Origin: the human T2T-CHM13v2.0 reference genome, Homo sapiens | Assembly (NCBI RefSeq): GCF_009914755.1 | Contig: NC_060926.1 | Strand: one strand, 5' to 3' | DNA: 64,000 nucleotides | Shown here: positions 15,586-30,639 of the stretch, piece after piece | How positions within the stretch are numbered: position 1 is the first letter of the stretch | Layout: each line of letters starts with the position of its first letter | Program-made: the position numbers and the translations under genes | Notes under the pieces: generated by a model | Databases searched by the model: none | The model's input: the letters and a program-made list of their open reading frames with translations, nothing else | What the model was told of the DNA's origin: nothing

Positions 15586-18260
15586 GTAAAGCAGGATTGT
15601 TGGAATGGGAAGGAAAGTTACACAACACAGGAGAGTAGTTGAAGTTTAAAGATCTATCTAAGAAGAAAAGTAGAAAATCAGTGGAATAGAGCAGGGGTGG
15701 GAAAAGTCAACTATAGTTATTAGATGTGGGTAACATTTTGATCTTTGTAATGTAGAGAGAATGGATTATTGATATTAGAATGTGACAGATTAGAGGAAAT
15801 GATCCTCGAAAGGTTTTCTGACCATGTTGCAGCATCAGATAGAAATTATTTATTAACTAGCTATTATTTGTGGACCTTGCTTTGTTGATGCTTGTCAGCA
15901 GCCAGCCAATGAATTAAACAAGAAGCCTTAATAGCGTTTATAAAATTTAACTTGAAACAAATAAGGAAGGGTCTAGTGAGAGAGAATACTTTAGTCACTC
16001 AGCAGATACTTGTCATATTGTATTGGGTATCCTTCATAACAATGTTAAAAAGGGTAGACAAAAGAAAGTACATAGCTCTTGCTCTCAAGGGGTTTATTGA
16101 TTCAGAGAGGTTAAGCAAAAAATCACCTTGCCAGTATGATTTAAATAGAGCACTGTAAGGGTATCGCTTTTACCATTCTCTTTGTAGCACCCTCATTGCC
16201 CTCTTTCTTTCCTATCCTATCTTCTTTAAGGAAAACTTACCAAGTATGATTTGGTCCAAGGATTTCAGGTGGGCTCTCAGTGCTGCTCCCAATATATTAG
16301 AGGTCTCCTTCCTTTACTATTTCCTAACCAGATGTAAAATTAGCTTTCCCCCCCTTCTACATCACCTAACCCGTTTCTCATTGGATGTCCTTGCTTTCGT
16401 TTTTATTTGCCAGAGTAAATCTAGGATCTCCCTTGTCTGCCAACTTATATTTTGTTTTATACACATAAAATATAAAATTTGGCCAAGTTTTTCCCATTGA
16501 AAGAAATATCCCTTTGACCTTGAAATCTCTCTAGCTCCTATCTTTTCTACTTGCTTTTAGAGCAAAACGTCTAGAAAGAACCACCTACTTTTACGTCTTA
16601 ATTTCCCATGGAACTGAATGTATTTTGGTTTCTTTCTCCTACCACTTTCCTGAAAATGATGTTGATGAAACCCCCATTAGGTTGTTGTCAAACGTGATTT
16701 TTTAAAGTGTTTTCTTCTTAAGTTAGTCTTACTTGACTTTTCCACATGATTGGTTACTTTTGATTATGCCCTCTCTTGAAACTCTTTGCCAAGTCATGGT
16801 CAAGTGGGTATTCCTTCTTCCTTGTCTATTCTTTTCCATAAACAATCTTTGATAACCAAGCTATAGGTGGTGGTTCAGTAATTAGGTTCTCGCATGATTT
16901 CATGAGGTCACCCCCCGACTTCAGAATTTCTGTATGGTAGGGCAACCTTGGCAATCAGCTTGCTTAGAACTGCCTCATTGCAACTGAGTAATATAAAAGG
17001 ATGATTTAGTTACTGCTTACGTAACAATATATTTCTACTAATGAACAATATGTTTTGACAAAAGGACCTAGCTTAAGAAAAAGTCATTTTTCCACACAAT
17101 TGTAAACTTAAATCATTTATTTTAATCTATTTTAAATATATAATTTTAATATATGTTATATACTATTAAGATAAATGTGCCTTTGGAGTGGCAGGAACAG
17201 ATATGTTTGGGAAAGTTTATTACCCTGATGAAGAAATAAACAATTATAGAAAGAGATTGGAGGCAAGGAAACCAGATTGTTTTAACCATCAAGTTAAGAA
17301 AAGGAAGATACCTTTTTCTTATTGATTGTAGGACTTGATGATCAGTAAAGTGTGAGGAATAAGAGTAAGTAATGATTTCAGAGTTCCTTGCCATCCCCTC
17401 AGGAATACTAAAGAGTAGCCCAGATGTATGGAGGGAACACTGAACTTGAAGTCACAAAGTCTTGGTTCTAGCCTGTGTCACTCACTAGCTATGCAACCTT
17501 GGGCATATCTGTTTATTACCTCTTTTGATTGTGCTTTCTCCATCTCTGAAGAAATAGGGATGGGTTAATAATGATTTCACGTGCCTATCTTACATGAGGT
17601 AAAAGCTAAATGAATGATTATATATGTAAAAGGGTTTTGTCAAGTATTAGGCAACAGTAAGGCATTTCAGCTACTGAGGGTAATCAGAATTGCTTGGAAT
17701 CAGTCTTCATTTTTGTCTGTCCCCAAGATCATAGTATGCAGAGTCTGCTAACATTGAGTGCTTCTTACGTGTTACTCACTTTGGTGGGCTTTAACATTTA
17801 TATTAATAATTTTACTTGTGTTTCTAACAGGGGTCTTAGGCTATCAGTTTAGGCTCCATTTTCTAGATTGGAAGGGCCTCAGTATTGGGCCATAGAATCA
17901 ATTTCTGCTGGTATCCTTTTCCCTTAATCTCCACTCTCGGCTCAGCTTAGCACTTTGCATATATAAGTTCTCTTGCCAGTAATGATAGGACTTGTATTAC
18001 TTCGTTAAATTCTGCCTGGAACATATATAAATAAAATTTGCTGTTAGCTTTAGACCTATATTCCTAAATCCATTTGAATGGATTTACCCATTTATTCCTT
18101 ACATTAAAGAATCTTGGAGAATATTGTGCAAAGAATGGCCAGATGGGATTAACAAAGGGAGGTTTTCCCTGAGAAAGAAAAAGGTAAGAATTATCCAATG
18201 TTAACTTTACAAAGTCTGTAAATCTATTCTGAATAGCTTTTTTTCCTCGAAAAATTTTAG

Positions 18261-18362
18261 TTGATGAGGAATCTGGATTAAAGGATTCAGAACCAGAGCG
18301 AAAACGCAAGAAGACTGAAGACTCTTCTTCAGGCAAATCAGTGGCGTCTGATGTCCCTGAGG
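18261..18362 (+). CDS. ZNF638: ZNF638 coding exon, 102 nt ([20 protein letters not shown]..., NLS-like RKRKK)
   Basis: aattttag|TT...GAGG|gtaaag, phase 1-1, open. Confidence 0.9.
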
Positions 18363-18411
18363 GTAAAGTTAAAATGACATTTTTTTCTTACCCATATGAA
18401 ATTTAAAAGTC

Positions 18412-18896
<485 letters not shown>

Positions 18897-19132
18897 TTAT
18901 TCCTGGTGCTTTCTTTGCCACTCTGGTGAGAATTGAGTTATATTTGCCCAGGCAGAAAGTCACTCCAGTTAAGCAGAACATGCTGCAAATCTTTGCTAGC
19001 CGACTTTGTTCATGGTCAGCTAAGGTGAGCTGAGGGAGACCTTATTCAGCCATCATACTCCTCAATCAGACAGTTGCCCATCATTCTACCTCTTCTCTCT
19101 CTTTTATTTTAATGGGATTCCTAAGAGGTTTA

Positions 19133-19434
19133 TTTTTATTATATTTTATTTTGAGACAGGGTCTCATTCTGTCAGCCAGGCTGGAGTGCAGTGATGTGAT
19201 CTCAGCTAACTGCAACCCTTTCCTCCCAGGCTCAAGCAATCCTCTCACCTCAGCCTCATGAGTAGCTGGGACTACAGGCGTCTACCACCACACCTGGCTA
19301 GTTTTTGTATTTTTGGTAGATACAGGGTTTCACCTTGTTGCTTAGGCTGGTCTCAAACCCCTGAGCTCAAGCAGTCTGTCCGCCTTGGCCTCCCAAAGTG
19401 CTGGGATTATAGGCTTGAGCCACTTCTCCCAGCC
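19133..19434 (-). mobile_element. Alu (AluJ-type)
   Basis: Reverse-complement dimeric Alu. Confidence 0.88.
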
Positions 19435-19739
19435 AGAGGTATATTTTAGACTGTTAGGTTCTTATCTAATGACTTGGTATTCTGAAGGATTATTGAACAG
19501 TTCTTTGTTATCCGAAGATTCTCCTTGGGAATCTATTCAACTTGGCATTATACCAAAGCAGTGGCATACTGGCATTCCCTAGAGGTTCTGGAATAGTATA
19601 GAATGTGTTAACGAAATAAAGACTTACGTTTTCTGATTAAAATTACTACTATTGATCCCTAAATTTATAGCAGTGTGTACTGTTCTTATATTTAAGTATA
19701 TACTGTGCTTAATATTTTTGTCGTGTTTAAATTGATGAA

Positions 19740-20055
<316 letters not shown>

Positions 20056-20098
20056 TTAATTATTGTTAATTTTCTTCTTGTCTCTTCTTATCCTCTAG

Positions 20099-20217
20099 AA
20101 TTAGACTTTCTTGTACCTAAGGCTGGATTCTTCTGTCCAATTTGTTCCCTCTTCTACTCAGGTGAAAAAGCAATGACAAATCACTGCAAGAGTACACGTC
20201 ATAAGCAAAATACTGAG
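20099..20217 (+). CDS. ZNF638: ZNF638 coding exon encoding the C-terminal matrin/U1C-type zinc finger
   Basis: tcctctag|AA...GAG|gtaatt; [40 protein letters not shown] (CxxC...H...H). Confidence 0.95.
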
Positions 20218-20749
20218 GTAATTTTAAAAATTCTTACAAAATCTTGAGGTGTTGTTATTGTCTTAGAATCAAATTATTTATCTCCCCAAACGTACATTTC
20301 CCCCCGCTTTAGGAGAATGTTTATGCCAGTTTATTCCTCTTAAGTCCTGTTTTCTCCTTCAGTGTACCTTGCCTGTAATTTCTAGTCCTTATTCCTTTTC
20401 CTTGAACAGCAACATTTGCCAGAGTAGATTCTGCAGATCACTAGTCTCATATGACACTCCATTATTAAAGTAAGAAACTGCATGTTTTGATGCCCTCTTG
20501 TCATGTAGACATTAGCATATTAAAGTTTCTGAATTGTCTAGCCAGAATGAATCCTGGTTAACTTCATGCAAACCATTTATTAAACTGATTTAATCACAAA
20601 ACCTTTTCTAAATTGTACACATCTTTAAGAAGTGTTACTCTGGAGAATCATCATTAACCATAATTGAAGTGGTGACTCTAGTTCCTGCTGAATATTTGAG
20701 AGTTTCGTACATCCTCTCTGTTGAATTTGTGGCACAGACACTCATCTAA

Positions 20750-20945
20750 CATTTACTGAGCTGTTCTATGCTGGAAGCTTATTTAATCTCCTCATGAACT
20801 TCATGAGGTAGATGCTATTATTCCAATCTTAAAGATGAGAAAATAGACTTAAGGAGGTTACGTATCTAAACCCAAGGTCACATAGCTAGTTAGTAGCAGA
20901 CCTAGGATTTGAACTCCGCTCTATTTCATTCTAGGCCCAAGCTCT
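20750..20945 (-). mobile_element. MIR SINE fragment
   Basis: atgaggtagatgctatt...gatgagaaaatagactta...caaggtcacatagctagt...ggatttgaactc core. Confidence 0.7.
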
Positions 20946-21675
20946 TATACATTGTGCTTTGCTACCTGTGTGCTTAACTTAGTTCATCATGTCACTTTTC
21001 CATTTAAAACCTTCTAGTAGCTTCATATTGCACTTGGTCTAATATCCAAACTTCTTATTTTGGGTCTTCAAAGCCCTGCATGATCTGATTTCTTTTCTAC
21101 TTCTCTGAATGCTTTCTGTGTTTCAGCTTTTCTGGCTCTCTCTGTTCTGTTTTTCATACATGAGAGACCCATTGCTGCCTTTGCACCTTTATACTGCTGT
21201 TCTTTTGCCCCTTCCCAGTCCTACTCGCATGGCCAGTTCTTCATGTTTTTCGTCTCAAATATCAGTTCCCCAGAAAGGTCTGCTTAAGAAAGACCTAGCT
21301 AAGTAGAACCCCCAAAAAAGTTCAGCCTCAATTACGTTGTTGCACTGTCTTTAAAGTGCTTACCACCGCCCCCAAAGTATTTTATTTTTTTCTTTTATTG
21401 TTTCTCTTCTCCCATTAGAATGTAAGCTTTATTGTATAAAAGATTCTATCTGTCTTGTTGCCCACCGAATCCTCAGGCACCAAGTGTAATACCTGGTGTG
21501 TCATAAACATCAAATGACTGATGAATGAAAGGAAGAAATGGTTATATAAGGCACTGTGTTTATAATATTTTGTAGGATCAGTTTCTTTTAAATTATAAAT
21601 ATACAGTAGATAAGTTTGCACACATAGCAAAATAACGTCTAATAAGTATTTTATATTGCAAATTGCTTTTAACAG

Positions 21676-21741
21676 AAATTCATGGCCAAGCAAAGAAAGG
21701 AAAAGGAGCAGAATGAGGCTGAAGAAAGAAGCTCTAGGTGA
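21676..21741 (+). CDS. ZNF638: ZNF638 terminal coding exon (KFMAKQRKEKEQNEAEERSSR*)
   Basis: ttttaacag|AAA, with TGA at 21739-21741. Confidence 0.93.
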   Translation, partial: KFMAKQRKEKEQNEAEERSSR

Positions 21742-21962
21742 TTGGGGGAAAGGAAAGAATTCACTAGAAATTTGTTTAGGGTCCAGTTGATTTGTGTATT
21801 TTTGTTATCATTTAATTTGTAATTTTCGTTTCAGAAGCAAATATTCGTGTTGTACAAATTTCTGATTGCCCTAAATGTAGAGAGACTGATGGGGAAAGTA
21901 TGATGGGTTTGATTTTTATATCAAATCATCAGGCATGGAGAAATATCTTTTAGAAGTGTTAA

Positions 21963-22010
21963 AATAAATGTTCCTACTGTATATTTAAAATACCATCTGT
22001 GTTTGTGGCT
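21963..22010 (+). terminator. ZNF638: ZNF638 polyadenylation signal and downstream GU-rich element
   Basis: AATAAA at 21963-21968, ~220 nt after the stop, followed by tctgtgtttgtggct. Confidence 0.8.
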
Positions 22011-23413
22011 GATTTTTTAAAGACTTGCTTGCCTCTGATTGCAGACAAGGTTTTTCACTACAACTCCTGTGATTTGGGATGTTTGGGGATTCTTCATGTA
22101 TCACTGGAAGTCATAGCATGACAGTGTTTTACTTTGCTTCAACCATTCATGTGTATACAGGTCATAGATTTCTTAAAATTCAAATTTTTTCTGGATAAAA
22201 TTAGATTACAGCATATTTTCCCCAAATAGGTTTGAATGAAACTTTGCTTGATTTTTATATGTGTTGGAAAGGTATTTTTTCTGCTTCTGGTAACACTTGC
22301 TGTTTCTGCCAGAACCCATTTAAGGTAACACCAAGCTAGTCATTTATTATTAGCTTGAATCTACAGAGCAGCCATTACTTCTGTGGACCACCAGAGTAGC
22401 TTTTTAAACCATTTGAATTATAGTTGAATATGTTTATAAGAAGTTTTAAGGGCACAAAAAATAATTGAATGGCTAGCAGGTGATGGAAATAGCCCTATAC
22501 TTTTAAGTTTTTAGATTGAGCCATTCTTCAGACATAGTCTGAATACTTATAATTGTTTTAGTATTTGATGCCTCAAGATAGAGTGCACCAATTAATAATA
22601 CAAAGAGGATGAATGGAGGGGAACAACAAAAACAACAACAAAAACCCTACTTTTTTTAGATGTCTTATTTCCATCACAGCACAAGAGACATCACAGTCAG
22701 TAAGAAGGGCTTGGAGAAAAAAAAAGGCAGCACCTCTTTGTCACCTCCTATGAAACTCACTGCATACTTAGTCGAGACTTACCCACAGCCTGAGTAAAAT
22801 TACAGAATGCTACACGTCACAGACAAGGGGTGGGGTAGAGAGAGGAGCGGCTTGCTGTCAAGAGTTTGTTGGAATTAAAACCTTACAGATGAATCCGGAT
22901 AATAAGAGGGAGAAGAGCTGTTAAAAGATTGGGGAATAAGGTGCCTGTAAATTACAGAAGCACAGTGATAGTGAATAAGAATCTTAGTTTTAAAGAATCT
23001 TCCTTTCTCCTCAGCTTGCTTTTGGAACTTTTGCAACTAGGGAAGTTATAAGCTTCTTTAATCTTGTCTGGATCAGTCTTTTGAAATTGGGATTCTAAAT
23101 TAGAATGAGAGGAGGAGCTGCTAAAGCATAAAAATGGTAGGGGTGATTTTTGTGTTTTATCCTAGTGACCAATGTTGACCATTAATTGTACATTATAAAT
23201 AATGTTTTTCTCTGGGACTTTTTGCACTTAATGCTGGTAATTTTTATCATAGGGCTTCAAATACAAAAGATTTGTATGAGGTTTTCAGAAAATAAACATG
23301 CTCTTTGCATATAATTTTAGTATTGTTCTTGGCATTTTCAGAAAATCTTCCTCCTTTAGTCACACCACACAAATGGAACGTCATATACATAGTAGTTTCT
23401 GCTTATTAGTTGA

Positions 23414-23740
<327 letters not shown>

Positions 23741-24350
23741 TAGATTTTATTACCCTTTCTGGCATTAGGATGCTGTGGAAACTTGCCTCTCCAAAATTAC
23801 TCCTTTTTAATCCTTCTTTAAAAAACATTTATAGGGGAGTCAGGTTTTTAAAACTTAAATTTTTAATTTTACTGATTTGTTATTTGATTGTGGAAAATGT
23901 CAAGCATATTAAGACAATAGGATAATTACCCTCATACATTAATTAGTTTCAATAATTATCAACTTAAGGCCAGTTGTGTTTGTCTGTGTGTATCTCTACT
24001 CCCAACTCTCTTGTATTACTTTAAATATCAGTATGTTTTACCCGTTAATTGTTCATTGTGTATTTCTAAAATATGAGTTCTTTTTAACCCTTATATTAAA
24101 AATATCCAGTACCATTAAAAAATCTCTTATTTAAATAATAGTTTGGTTCAGATTTTCAACTGTTTCATAAATCGTTTTTTTGTGGTTGTTGGTTTACTAA
24201 GTCTGAATCCAGATTCAAATAAGATCCATATATTGTGACTGGCTGGTAGGTCCTTTAAATTATACTATTTTGAATATATAGGTTCTTCCCTCCCTACTTC
24301 CGTCCTTGTAATTTATTTGGTAAAGAAACTAGATTCTTGGCTGTGCCAAG

Positions 24351-24636
24351 CAGTGCTGCTCAAAATGTCTTGGGACCCAGGGCAGTGCCAGTTCAGAAAC
24401 TTTAGTATTAGTTTATGATTACTGAAGTACAGAAATTGAGAGTTTCTAGAAACATTTTGACAGTGATTTTATGTTCATTTATTGAATCTAACAATAAAAA
24501 AATTGGAGTTTGTATGTTTTTGTGGGGTTTTTAAAAAAATTTTTTTTTTTGTATTTTACAGAATTATTGGTCTATAGTTAATTGAAAATTAGGGAGAAAA
24601 AGAAAACTGATCAAGCACATAGTTTGAGAAGCACTG
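24351..24636. mobile_element. hAT-Charlie-type MITE
   Basis: Terminal inverted repeats cagtgctgctcaaa / tttgagaagcactg. Confidence 0.65.
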
Positions 24637-25307
24637 CTGACAGGTTTCCCCAGGTCTGACTTTGTTGCTTGCAACCATGTAGTACCTTTAACGTGTCCCT
24701 TGCTCTCTCTGTAGCTCATAAATTGGTAAGTAAATATAGACACTTGATTAGAGTTTGTTTTTTTCTTTCTTTTTTTTGATGAGACTACTTTAGGCAGTGA
24801 TGTGGTCTTCCCGATAGGAGGCGCAAACTGATTGCCTTCTTTGGGATTTGAGTAGCAGCTGATGCTTAGTTTTGATCCACTTGTTCATTAGGGGTTGCAA
24901 AATAATGATATCTTAATTCTATATCCCTTTTTCATGTGTAAGCAGGAATATTTCTCTGCAAGGAGAAACTCCCCCTCATCTGCTATTTGGCTACTAGCGG
25001 TACGGTTTGTGTAAGAAAGACACAGATATGGGATGCTTTTCCTTTACTTACCTATTTTTTTCAGAATGAGTTGATTCTTTGGCATCCACTGTGATAAATT
25101 TTTTCTTAAGCATTAGTATGAACTTGTAAATTTTAACATATTTGATGTTTGAAACCTCTGCAGTATTAGTGTTATTGATCCTTATATGTCCCACATTTGA
25201 TTTGATTTCCTCATTTCTACTAGTAGTTATCTGTATGTCAAGATGTTTCAGGCTCACTTCTCCAGACCTGGGGTCAGCTACTTCTCTAAAGAACAGTGGC
25301 TGATTAG

Positions 25308-25661
<354 letters not shown>

Positions 25662-25956
25662 TGATTCTTCTCGTTCAAATTCATAACCTCTTCTATCTTA
25701 AATATAGATCTTCTTTGTCTTGTGTCAGGTATTACAATTCTCCAGGACATCAAGATGATAGACGTAAACTGTCGCATAATTGCTTAGCTTTTATCTCATC
25801 TTATATGCATCACAGTCACAGTAACAATGCCAAGACCTTAACCAACAATGTGATTATTGAAAACAGTTAAAAAATTTTTTTTTCAGTTTTGTTTTGTCCT
25901 GAGGGAATACCTCATTAAGAATATACATTCACATAGGGGAAGTCTCAAAGGAATTT

Positions 25957-25985
25957 TGTGTGTGTTTGTGTGTGTGTGTGTGTGT
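25957..25985. repeat. (TG)n microsatellite
   Basis: tgtgtgtgtttgtgtgtgtgtgtgtgtgt. Confidence 0.85.
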
Positions 25986-25994
25986 ACATACTAG

Positions 25995-27017
25995 GTATAT
26001 ATATTTGTGGGTTACATGTGGTACTTTGATACAGGCATGCTCACATCAGGGTAAACTGGGTATCCATCACCTCAAGCATTTGTCCTTTGTGGTTCAAACA
26101 GTCCAGTTATGCTCTTCTAATTATTTTTAAATGTACAATTAAAAAAGTTTTTTTTAAGTAAGGTCTCATTCTGTCACCCAGGCTGGAGTGCAGTGACACT
26201 ATCTCAGCTCACAATAGCCTCAAACCTCCCTGGGCTTAGGTGGTCCTCCCACCTCAGCCTCTGGAGCAGCTGGGACTACAGACGCATGCCACCATGTTCA
26301 GCTAATTTTTGTATTTTTTTTGTAGAGATGGGATTTTGACATGTTGGCCAGGCTTGTCTCGAACTCCTGGCCTCAATCTATTTTGATTTAATTTTTTATA
26401 TGGGGAAAGTTGGGGGCCTAGTTTTATTCTTCTGCAAATGGATACTCAGTTTCCTCAGCACCATTTATTGAAGAGACTGTCCTTTCCTGAAGGTATGTTA
26501 TTGGAACCTTTGCGAAAATGAATTTACTATAGATTTATTGGATTTATTTCTGTGCTCTCTATTCTGTTCACTGGTCTCTGTGTCTGTTTTTATGCCAGTA
26601 CCATGCCATTTTTGTTACCATAGCTCTGTAGTATAACTTGAAGTCAGGTAATGTGATTCCTCTGGTTTAGTTCTTTTTGCTTAGGAGAGCTTTGCCTATC
26701 TGGATCTTTTGTTGTGGTTCTGTATAAATTTTAAGATTGTTTTTTCTATTTCTGTGAAGAATGTTGCTGGTATTTTGATAGGGATTGCATTGGATCTGCA
26801 GATTGCTTTGGGTAGCATGAACACTGTAACAATATATGAACACTTTAACAATACTGATTTTTCTAATCCATGAACATGGAATATCTTTTTATTTTGTGTG
26901 TCCTCTTCAGTTTCTTGCATCAGTGTTTTACAGTGCAGAGATCTTTCGCTTTTTTGGTTAATTCCTAGGTATTTTATTTTGTAGCTATTGTAAATGGAAT
27001 TACTTTCTTGATTTCTC
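25995..27017 (-). mobile_element. Old L1 (L1MA-like) 3' end and ORF2 fragment, interrupted by an Alu at ~26148-26377
   Basis: Minus-strand translation [30 protein letters not shown]; L1MA-type 3'UTR. Confidence 0.8.
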
Positions 27018-27510
27018 AGGAAATTTCAAAAATACATAGAATTGAATGAAAATGAAAACAACAAATTGAATTCTGAGATGCATCTAATGAAATGCTGGGA
27101 GGGAAATATGTAGCACTAAGTGCTTATATAAAGAAAGATCTCAAATCAGTAATCTAAGTTTCTGCCTCAAGATACTAGAAAAGTTAGAACAAACTAAATC
27201 CAAAGCAAACAGAAGCAAGGAAATAATAGAGCAGAAATTAATGAAATTGTAAACAGGAAAACAATAGAGAAAAATTAGTGAAACAAAAAGCTGGTCCTTC
27301 AAAAACAATAAAATTGATAAATCTCCAACAAGATTGACTAAAAAAATACCCAAACCACTAATATGAATGAAATGGAAAATATCACAACAGATCCTGCAGC
27401 CATGAGAACAATAGTAAAGGAGTACTGTGAACAACTCTACTCAAGTATAACTAGGAAGAAATGGACAAATTCCTCAAAAATCAGAAAGTACTAAAACTTG
27501 GCCAAGATGA

Positions 27511-27833
<323 letters not shown>

Positions 27834-27981
27834 AACTTGGCCAAGATGAAATAGAGAACTTGAGTAATTCTGAAACCATTAAAGATGCTGAACTTGTAAT
27901 GAAAACATCCTTGAAAAAGATACCTCCAAGTCCTGATGGTTTCACTGGAGAATTTTGCTAAACATTCAAAAGAAGAATTGA

Positions 27982-28233
<252 letters not shown>

Positions 28234-30639
28234 TAATAAACTATCAATAGGCTAAAGAAGAAAAAAAAACATGAGTGTATCAATTCATTTAGAAAAGGCA
28301 TTTGATATAAAAATCAACACATCAATATTCTCAGTAGATCATAAAGAAGGAACTTCCTCAGTTTTATAAAAAGGATCTACAGAAAAAAAATCTGGCATCG
28401 TACTTAACGTTTAAAGTCTGTGTTCCCTCTAAGATTAGGAACAATGAAAGGATGTTCATTCCTGCCATCGTTAGGCAACAAACTTACTACTGCAGTTTTC
28501 CAGCCACTGCAATTCTAGGCAAGAAAAAGAAAAGGCATATAGATGAGAAATTTAATGAAACTATCTCTATTTGCAGATACATGACTGTCTACCCAGAAAA
28601 CTTCAAGGAATGTGTAATAAAACTTTTAGAATCAATGAGTAAGGTTGAAGGACACAAGATCAACAGACAACAGTCATTTATGTTTTCTGTGTACTGACAG
28701 CAAACAAGTAGAAACCAAAATAACAAATGAAGTACATTTACATTTACACCAAAGAAAATTACTTAGGTATAAATGTACCAAAACATTTGTAGGATCTATA
28801 TGATGAAAATTATAAAAGACTGATGAAAGAAATTAAAGGAAACCTAAATAAGGTAATTTATCATGTTCATGGATTGGAAGACTCAACATAATATCGATGT
28901 TAGTTCTCCCTAAGTTGTTCTATTGATTTAAGGCAATTTCTACCAAACCAATCAAAATTTTTTGTAGGAACAGACAATCTTATTCTAAAGTTTATATGGA
29001 AAAGGAAAGATTATGCAAATAGCTAAAACAGTTTTGAAAAAGAAGAATAAAACTGAAGGAATCCCTTTCTGATGCAAATGCTTATACTACATAGGTCCTG
29101 TAATCAAGAGCGTGCTGTATTGGCAGAGAGAAGGAAACATACATTGATGGAATAGCATAGAAAACCTGGAAATAAATCTACACAAATCACCTAGTTATTT
29201 ACACAGAAGCAAAAGCAATTCAGCAGATGAGGAGAGCCTTTTCAGTAAATTGTGCTGGAGCGATTAGACATCCATCAGCCGAAAATGTACCTTGATCTAA
29301 ACCTCACACCTTATATTAAAACTAAAAAACTCAAAATTATATATTTAAAATTATAAAAACTGAAGGGACCTTAGGTTTAAAGGTAAAACATAACACTATA
29401 AAACTTACAGAAAATAAGAGAAATTCTTCAGGGCCTAAGATTGGGCAAAGAGTACTTAGACTTGACATCAAAAGCACAATTTATAAGAGGAAAAACGGAT
29501 AAATCTGATTTCATCAAAATTTTTGTTCTGTGAAAAATTATAGACTAATAGGAAATATTTGCAAATCACAAATCCAACAAAGGCTTTTATCTAGAATACA
29601 TAAAGAAGTCTCAAAAATTAACGTTTAAAAATGATCCAATTAGAAAATCAGCAAAAGATATTTCACTAAAGAGGATATACAGATAAACAACACCTGAAAA
29701 AAATGTCCAATATCAGTAGCTGTTAGATGTAAATTAAAACCACAATGCGATAACACTACACATCTATAAGGATGGCTAACGTGAAAAATAGTGATAACAC
29801 CAAGTGCTGAAAAGGATGAAGTTGAAACTAGATCACTCATACAATGCTGATGAGATTGTAAAATGGTGCAGCCAGTCTGGCAAGTAACCACATGACCAAG
29901 CACTTACACACTTGAACATTTATCCCATAGAAATAGAGACTTATTTTCACATAGGATGTATACAAGAATGTTTACGTAAGTGTTCATAGCAGCTTTATTC
30001 ATAGTAGTTTCAAACTGGAAACTATCCACATACCCTTCAATGTGTGAATGGTTAAGCAAACTGTGGGTACATCCATACCATGAAATACTATCTAACAGGT
30101 TTTGTTTGTTTGTTTTTAAGGAAAGCTATTGGCCAGTATTGATAACATGCAACAACTTGACCCTCAAATTATGTTGAGTGAAAAAAGCTCATATCAAAAG
30201 GATACATGCCACATGATTTCATTTATGTATCATTCATTAAATAACAAAGATGAACAGATTACTTAATGCCAGGTATTTGGAATGAGAGGATCATAAAAAG
30301 GTACTAGTAAGGAATCTTGTGATAGTGAAGTATCTTGATGATGGTAGTGATTATGCAAAGCTGCACATGACAAAATTACATAGAGCCATATACATGAAAA
30401 TTAGTGCATGTGTAACTGGTGAAATCTAAAGAAGTTTTGTGAATTGTACCAATGCTATCTGTTGATTTGGATATTGTACTATAGTTGTTTAAGATCTTAG
30501 TCTTGGGAGAGGATGGAGATAGGAAGCATAGGGCTTCCCTGTATACTTCTTTGCAACCTGCTATGAATCTATAATTATTTCAAAAGAAAAAGTTAAAATA
30601 ATTGGATTCTGGGATTGGGTTGGTCATATATTCAAGGAG